Assembly (NCBI RefSeq): GCF_036588685.1 | Contig: NC_086373.1 | Coordinates: 73,842,001-73,906,000, forward strand | Length of the DNA stretch: 64,000 nt | Direction of reading: 5' to 3' | DNA from: Mytilus trossulus | Taxonomy: Eukaryota | Shown here: positions 63,545 through 64,000 of the stretch, piece by piece | How the letters are laid out: each line of letters starts with the position of its first letter | Numbering within the stretch: position 1 is the first letter of the stretch | Translations under genes and position numbers: made by a program | Notes under the pieces: generated by a model | Seen by the model: only the letters and a program-made list of their open reading frames with translations | What the model was told of the DNA's origin: nothing | Database searches by the model: none

Positions 63545-64000
63545 CTAAAACATAAAATAAAAAAATATATGATACCAATAAACATTCTATTGTAATATTC
63601 TTTGAAAAATAAGTCAAAAGAAATTATTTCAGTTGCCTGATTGTCAGTGAAGCTGTTGTTAATATTAAGCATTTGTTCACCAATCAATATTATATTCCTG
63701 TGAATAGTAGATGGAGCTTAGTGTAAATGATGTGTACATGCTCAAAGCTCTTTATAAAAGAAATAATTGCCATGCTATCTGAAATGAAAAGTAAATGCCA
63801 TGCAATCTGAAATGAAAAGTAAACCATCAAGGTCTGCTTGGGGAAAAAGTCAAACTGTGAGATACTGCTAATGAATACCCCCTATAAGTATTATGTAAAC
63901 ATAGATAAGAGATATACATGTATGTTAAATTACACCATAGGGCATTCCATTACCATATTATTTTTCCATGCTCACTGTGTTGAAGCTGGAAATATCTCAG

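Noticed and set aside
63976-64000. Possible next upstream NICN1 exon end (LRYFQLQH, phase 1, gtgag donor)
   Set aside because: The phase fits, but only 25 nt are visible, there is no clear nicolin-1 similarity, and CTCACTGTGTTGAAG also occurs in a dispersed repeat at 43202.

Overview
This is AT-rich eukaryotic (metazoan) genomic DNA, not prokaryotic. The repeat landscape suggests a bivalve mollusc such as Mytilus (inference). Three protein-coding genes are recognisable: (1) the last coding exon of FBXL5 (+, 1348-1579) with the C-terminal 2Fe-2S cysteines; (2) a class-2 DYRK kinase, DYRK2-like (-, 48131-49843), whose ORF has no intron; (3) the last five coding exons of NICN1/nicolin-1 (-, 55971-63544), which I assembled in frame by hand because the ORF track shows only fragments. 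The rest is intron, UTR or intergenic DNA full of non-autonomous mobile elements: several Helentron/HINE-type families with internal tandem arrays (one nested in a copy of itself), a 3-kb TTAA-flanked Kolobok-like element, many MITEs, tRNA-derived SINE heads and a family of double-inverted-repeat hairpin elements. Almost all other ORFs in the track appear spurious. I cannot demonstrate a novel system from sequence alone. The best leads are a splice donor directly after the FBXL5 stop codon plus a chain of orphan downstream exons (possible NMD-coupled or Fe-S-less FBXL5 isoforms), an overlapping uORF and CRE at DYRK2, and hairpin elements with a tyrosine-recombinase-like site layout.
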